Assembly (NCBI GenBank): GCA_041736175.1
Contig: JBGSUI010000134.1
Span: forward strand, 1-50,272
Length of the DNA: 50,272 nucleotides
Reading direction: 5' to 3'
Source: Oligoflexales bacterium
Lineage (GTDB): Bacteria > Bdellovibrionota_B > Oligoflexia > Oligoflexales > CAIYRB01
Both the position numbers and the translations under genes were made by a program. The notes beneath the pieces were generated by a model. It saw nothing but the letters and a program-made list of their open reading frames with translations, was not told the DNA's origin and did no database searches. Position 1 is the first letter of the stretch; each line of letters begins with the position of its first letter. This document shows, one piece after another, positions 45,570 through 50,272 of the stretch.

Positions 45570-46973
45570 ATGCCCAACAAAGATATCAACAAAATTTTAA
45601 CAAGCCACAACCAAAGACATATCTTTCGGGTCTTTCGCCATAATGCCAAAAGAACAGTCGTCCCCCTCTGGCTCGCTTTTTCGGTCGTCGATTTTATCTA
45701 TAGACCTGATCTATGGGGTCTATGGTTTTTGCTGCGACTCTTTTCTAGTCTGATCTGGATGCTTGTGCCTTGGTTGATCGGTCGAAAAATCGTCAAGCGA
45801 CGCCATTTTCCCATCGTTGGAGTCATCGCCTCGGCTTTTGTCGCAAACGCCCTTAACATTATGATTGCCATGTCGGGGGGGGCGAGTTCGGCATATATTC
45901 CAGGTGTGATCCTGGTCACAGTCACCTGTGTCGCTCTTTTTAGATTTGACTGGAAACATGCCACCCTCCTCAATGTCTTATGCTATGCACCTTGTATTTA
46001 TGTCATTATGGCCTCCCAAGGGGTCTTGTGGTCACAAAAGTTTGTCGAATCCAGTCTCCTGGTGGGCATGATGCTTCTCTCCCTGTTTTTCCGCGAAGCT
46101 GACAATTGGACTGAGGGTATATGGGCTGCATCCCGGCTTAGCCTGGACCAAGAAGTCAAAATGATGCGCCGGACCGAGTTTCTCAAGCGGCATTTTCCCG
46201 CTAATTTTCGCCGTAAAATCGAAAATGGTGAAATCAACCTCCGCCAGCGCAAAATGCTAGGAACCGCCGTTGTCGGGTTTGCCGACATCACAGCTTCGAC
46301 CGCCATCGCCAACCAGATCGACCTTATGACGGACTGGCAGATGAAAGAAGATTTTCTTAATATCGCCACCAAGAGAGCCACGGAATGTGGTCTCGTGGTG
46401 TTAACCCATACGGGTGATGGATTTATGTTCTTAGCCAATTATTTTGGCGACGGGGAATGGCCCTATAGCTTGATTGCTTTCTATGAGGGTCTGCAGCTGG
46501 ATTTTGACCGACTGCGACGGAACCTAACCGACCGTATCGCTGGGATTGAGACCGGAATCAAATGTGCTGTCGCCATGGGACCCGCCGTCGTAGGGTTTAT
46601 CGGGGATGATCAATCCTATTTTACCGTGATCGGGCCGACTGTAAACCTCGCCGCGAGACTATGTGCTAAAGCCAATTCTAATGAAATCGTGGTAGGGTAC
46701 CGGGTATGGGACGTCCTCAAACATACCATGGTAGGTTGGGTGACCAAAGAAGTGATGTACGATGACCTCAAAGGCTTTGATCACTCGGTGAGAGCCGTCC
46801 ATATCCTACCGCGGATGGCAAGCGGCAAGAAAAGCCACTGCACGGTTTGCGAGGCACCCTTGTCGATTGTGAGAACCCACGACGGCTTTATCGATGTGCT
46901 CTGTCCAAACTGCTGGGCCACTCACAACAAGCCCTTTGATTCCCATCAGAGGATTTCCAGCCAAATCGCCTAA
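45570..46973 (+). CDS. 6TM class III adenylate/guanylate cyclase-family protein with C-terminal zinc ribbon
   Basis: Six hydrophobic helices; transducer-like FLKRHFP; FADIT.ST, TGDG, FTVIGPTVNLAARL, LKG; CTVC-x15-CPNC. Confidence 0.88.
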   Translation: MPNKDINKILTSHNQRHIFRVFRHNAKRTVVPLWLAFSVVDFIYRPDLWGLWFLLRLFSSLIWMLVPWLIGRKIVKRRHFPIVGVIASAFVANALNIMIAMSGGASSAYIPGVILVTVTCVALFRFDWKHATLLNVLCYAPCIYVIMASQGVLWSQKFVESSLLVGMMLLSLFFREADNWTEGIWAASRLSLDQEVKMMRRTEFLKRHFPANFRRKIENGEINLRQRKMLGTAVVGFADITASTAIANQIDLMTDWQMKEDFLNIATKRATECGLVVLTHTGDGFMFLANYFGDGEWPYSLIAFYEGLQLDFDRLRRNLTDRIAGIETGIKCAVAMGPAVVGFIGDDQSYFTVIGPTVNLAARLCAKANSNEIVVGYRVWDVLKHTMVGWVTKEVMYDDLKGFDHSVRAVHILPRMASGKKSHCTVCEAPLSIVRTHDGFIDVLCPNCWATHNKPFDSHQRISSQIA

Positions 46974-47071
46974 ACATGGTCACTTAGGGGCGCTCCATTT
47001 TCCTAGTCAACGGCCGTTTGATAGGCTAAATTAGTCAAGAACGAGAAACTACGAACTGGGATTTAGGAACG

Positions 47072-48022
47072 ATGCATAAGCTTTCTCTTGTAAGAGGCCT
47101 CTCATTTTTTTTGCTATCAACCGCTCCCGATCTTTGGGCCCAAGCTAAACTCACCATAAAATCACCGTCCACCTTGGTCATGGACCTTAAGACACGAGAG
47201 GTGCTCTTTGAGCGTGAAGCAGACACGGTCCGGCCGATCGCAAGCCTTTCCAAAATGATGGCGGCCCTCGTCCTCTACGAACAATGCCCGTTTTTTAAAA
47301 GTGGCAATCTGGACTCCCTCCATGAGATGAGCATCGAAAACCGAGAAGCCGCCAAGGGAGGCGATAAATCTAAACTGATCACTGGTTGGCAATTTAGTTA
47401 TCGCGATCTCCTCCATGCCGCCTTGATGCGCTCCGACAACCGAGCCCTACCGGCCCTTGGAGAGGCGTGTAAATTGGATCGAACCAGCTTTGCCACCCTT
47501 ATGAACGAGCGGGCTAAACAAATCGGACTTAAGTCAACCCAGTTTACAGAGCCAACCGGTCTCTCTAGAGAAAATATGTCAACGGCCCGAGAATTTATGG
47601 CGGTCCTTGAAGAAACCTCAAAAATCAAAGCCCTCTCGGAGATCATGACCAAACGAGAGTACTATCTGACCGGCTATAAAGAAAACAAACCTCCTAAAAT
47701 CATCAAAATCCACTCCACGGACCGGCTGCTTAACAAAAACATCGTCCGCGTTCTCGCAGGTAAGACTGGCTATACCGATCTAGCTCGCTACTGTTTAGCG
47801 ATCTTAGTGGAGACCGAAGACAACCGGCGCCTTGGCATGGTTTTCCTAGGGGCCGAAGGGCGCTTCACGCGGTTTGCAGATGTGGAGCGGGTCCTTCAAT
47901 GGATCGATCAAGTAAAAAAAAACAACTCTCCGTCGCCACCCCGGCCCCTGGAATCACCGGCGACCCTGGAAGCAGCCTCTCGCAGTCGCTTGAACAGGTC
48001 CAACTCGTCCAAAAAATTGTAG
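47072..48022 (+). CDS. Peptidase S11 D-Ala-D-Ala carboxy/endopeptidase (PbpG/DacA-like)
   Basis: Signal peptide; IASLSK (SxxK), SDN, KTGYT. Confidence 0.93.
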   Translation: MHKLSLVRGLSFFLLSTAPDLWAQAKLTIKSPSTLVMDLKTREVLFEREADTVRPIASLSKMMAALVLYEQCPFFKSGNLDSLHEMSIENREAAKGGDKSKLITGWQFSYRDLLHAALMRSDNRALPALGEACKLDRTSFATLMNERAKQIGLKSTQFTEPTGLSRENMSTAREFMAVLEETSKIKALSEIMTKREYYLTGYKENKPPKIIKIHSTDRLLNKNIVRVLAGKTGYTDLARYCLAILVETEDNRRLGMVFLGAEGRFTRFADVERVLQWIDQVKKNNSPSPPRPLESPATLEAASRSRLNRSNSSKKL

Positions 48023-48113
48023 GTCCTCCCCTACCCGTCCTGGTGGTTCCCTTCCAACCGGGGGTCACTCCCACCTACTTGCCCATCACCGCTGAGTAAA
48101 GGAGTGCCCATAA

Positions 48114-48710
48114 ATGACGCCACATCCCGTGAACCGCGACCACAATCTTGCCCAAGAGGTTATGGCTATCTTTAAAGAGGTGGACGAAAAAACCAACTCT
48201 TTTCAAAAATCCTCAGGACTCAACTGCCTCAAGGGGTGCGGTCGTTGCTGTCTTTCCAATCAAGTGGAAACCACCCCTGGAGAATGGCTGCCCTATGCCC
48301 TTGAGCTGGCAAAAACCAACCAGCTGGAAGCAGTTCACAGCAAACTCCAAGAAACCTCTGACCCAATCTGTAGCATGTACAAGCCAAACCCAGAGGACTC
48401 TGGTAAAGGGTTTTGTAGCGTTTATCACCATCGTCCGGGTATCTGTAGACTGTTTGGCTTTTCGACCATCAAAAACAAGCGCAACCTGCGGGAGCTTCTG
48501 ACCTGTCGTCCCATCAAGGACCACCATTCAGAGATCTTTACTTCCCCCCTTGATTTAAGTCCTGAAGAGGCACCATCTTGCCATGAGTTTCAGGGAAAAA
48601 TCGACGGAATCTTTGCGGCCCACCCGTCCCTCGGCGTCAGCATGCCTATCAACCAGGCCCTCTCAACGGCAATCGAGTATGTGGCCCTTCGTTTAGCTTA
48701 CCTGTCGTAG
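48114..48710 (+). CDS. YkgJ-family cysteine-cluster (CxxxCxxCC) protein
   Basis: CLKGCGRCC...C..Y...CSVYHHRPGICRLFG. Confidence 0.88.
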   Translation: MTPHPVNRDHNLAQEVMAIFKEVDEKTNSFQKSSGLNCLKGCGRCCLSNQVETTPGEWLPYALELAKTNQLEAVHSKLQETSDPICSMYKPNPEDSGKGFCSVYHHRPGICRLFGFSTIKNKRNLRELLTCRPIKDHHSEIFTSPLDLSPEEAPSCHEFQGKIDGIFAAHPSLGVSMPINQALSTAIEYVALRLAYLS

Positions 48711-48743
48711 TCCACAAAAAAGGCCCTGAGCGCCTGGTCAATA

Positions 48744-49928
48744 TCAGAAGTACTCCGCAAAAAAGGCCCTAGGAGTCTCCTCGCCATCCGTTAAAATCTC
48801 CAGATGAATCCTTCCAATCTCACGGCCATCGCCGGTGCCGATCCGCACCTGCCAGTCTCCAGGTTGGTAGCGGCTCTTGAAGGCAAAACCACGGTAGCCG
48901 GCGACTCTTCCGCCGAGAACTTTGACTTGGGTCGTATCCATAAGCTCGTAGCTGTTTTGTTTGCGAGGATCAGCAAAATACCACCGCACTTCGATCGATT
49001 CACGGAATCCCTCGGGAGAAAACACGCTGAAAAACACGAAGACTTTATCCCCTGGACGAGCAGCAAAGGTTTGTTCGCCCTTTTCCCAAAACCTCCAGGG
49101 ATTATACCCATAGGTCAGCTCGTATTTTTGCTGGTGGCGCTCGACCTTTCGGTAAATACCCACTTTAGTCAACGCCAAGGGGACGGGCGGTATCAATCCC
49201 GAAGCATAAAAAGCGCCAAAGACTCCGATGGTCAACAGGGCAGGAGCGATAAAAATCTCAAAACTTTTGGAAACCACGCCCCTGTGACGATCGAAATAGT
49301 AAATAACGACGAGCCCTACGGCGATAAAGAGCACGGTCGCCACCAGGGACCCCAAAAAAGCCCCCAAGTTAACTTGTTTCATCATTACAGGGACGATACA
49401 GGCAAAATAACACGCCGCACAAAGGGTCACGAGGCAGATCCTGATTTGCAGCCCGATCTGGCGAAATCCCTGAAACTCGTTGGCTACGAGGGCCGCTCCA
49501 ATCACTAAAATAAAACTAAGAGATCCCCACAAGGACGAACTCTTGATAAAAAAGATGGTAAAAGCACTGAGCAGGCTTCCCAGGAGAAAATGGACTAGGT
49601 CGGTTCTAAAACTCCACACCCTTACCAGGAGTCCCTTTGCCATAGGATTAACCAAGGACTTGCCGGCGGTTTCGACAAATTCAAGCATCACCAACATCAT
49701 CGCCATAAAGACGTAAAATCCTAGTTGGATGATATTTGACCATTGGTCAATCCGCCCAATCGTGAGGGTATCCCATAAGATCCCACCCAAAAAAGCCACT
49801 GCGGGGACCAAAGATTGGCGTTTTTTAAGAGATTGCTGAAGCCTCGATACAGCTTGTTTGATGGACTCTGTCCATTTCTTATACAGTTTTGCGGAATGGT
49901 GCATCAGAGAGAAGTCCCAGAAAGTCAT
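48744..49928 (-). CDS. Polytopic membrane protein with C-terminal DUF2914-like domain
   Basis: F.GG..WD..T.GRID, ANEF, IPPVPL, GGR..GYRG...K....PG.W.V...T.DGRE.GR. Confidence 0.8.
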   Translation of the reverse strand: MTFWDFSLMHHSAKLYKKWTESIKQAVSRLQQSLKKRQSLVPAVAFLGGILWDTLTIGRIDQWSNIIQLGFYVFMAMMLVMLEFVETAGKSLVNPMAKGLLVRVWSFRTDLVHFLLGSLLSAFTIFFIKSSSLWGSLSFILVIGAALVANEFQGFRQIGLQIRICLVTLCAACYFACIVPVMMKQVNLGAFLGSLVATVLFIAVGLVVIYYFDRHRGVVSKSFEIFIAPALLTIGVFGAFYASGLIPPVPLALTKVGIYRKVERHQQKYELTYGYNPWRFWEKGEQTFAARPGDKVFVFFSVFSPEGFRESIEVRWYFADPRKQNSYELMDTTQVKVLGGRVAGYRGFAFKSRYQPGDWQVRIGTGDGREIGRIHLEILTDGEETPRAFFAEYF

Positions 49929-50048
49929 TTAGGCCCTTTATGAGACGATTGGCCTACAGCTACACAATGTACCATTAACTGTGTTGATGAAAAAGAGATC
50001 TTCACTGGTTTGTCTTCTTGCCAGGCCAACTTAACATTCGGACAATTG

Positions 50049-50064
50049 CGGCACAAGATTTGCA
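50049..50064 (+). promoter_or_regulatory. sigma54-like promoter
   Basis: CGGCACAAGATTTGCA, GG-N10-GC. Confidence 0.5.
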
Positions 50065-50262
50065 GCTTGTTTGGATATCTACAACCAAACTTTTTGGTAC
50101 TGCACAGGGGAAAATCTACAAATGAATAAATTCATTTGGGTGCAGTAGATTTTTTACAAGCATATTCCTTGTAATTATAGGAATATAAATATAATCTTCG
50201 CATAGAATACTCCCGAAGTTAGCCGGACTTATTTAAAGTGTTGCCTGTATCGGAGGATTGCT

Positions 50263-50272
50263 ATGCCAAATG
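50263..50272 (+). CDS. Start of a gene running off the window
   Basis: GGAGG RBS 6 nt before ATG. Confidence 0.5.

Noticed and set aside
45570..46973. Pycsar anti-phage system
   Set aside because: The cyclase has a 6TM sensor and transducer element and no adjacent TIR or 2TM effector; a signalling role fits better.

Overview
Bacterial chromosomal window with about 35 intact genes. The protein repertoire (phage-fibre-like adhesins, membrane CheA-like kinase, many lipoproteins) suggests Bdellovibrionota, probably Oligoflexia; this is inference. The first 7 kb is a decaying mobile region. An IS630-like end interrupts a giant Cys/Thr-rich repeat surface protein whose C-terminus looks like a diversity-generating-retroelement (DGR) variable region. 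Next come an IS91-family remnant split by an internally deleted TGT...ACA transposon (5-bp target duplication visible) and a miniaturised ftsH relic. The middle holds secreted hydrolases (S8 and M12-type proteases, GH5, GH48), a pseudouridine synthase, cysK, iscB and AAA-ATPase relics with upstream repeats, a LolD/LolA/FtsX-like export operon with tatC, a fibre gene paired with a Tat-exported RCC1 gene, a four-heme cytochrome c and toxin-antitoxin genes. The best candidate for an undescribed system is at 44.1-47.0 kb: a PhcB-like SAM methyltransferase (putative autoinducer synthase) 2 bp upstream of a 6TM receptor fused to a non-canonical class III nucleotide cyclase, i.e. possible quorum sensing wired directly to a cyclic nucleotide. 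No rRNA, tRNA, CRISPR array or reverse transcriptase was seen. All family calls are from motif recognition, not database searches.
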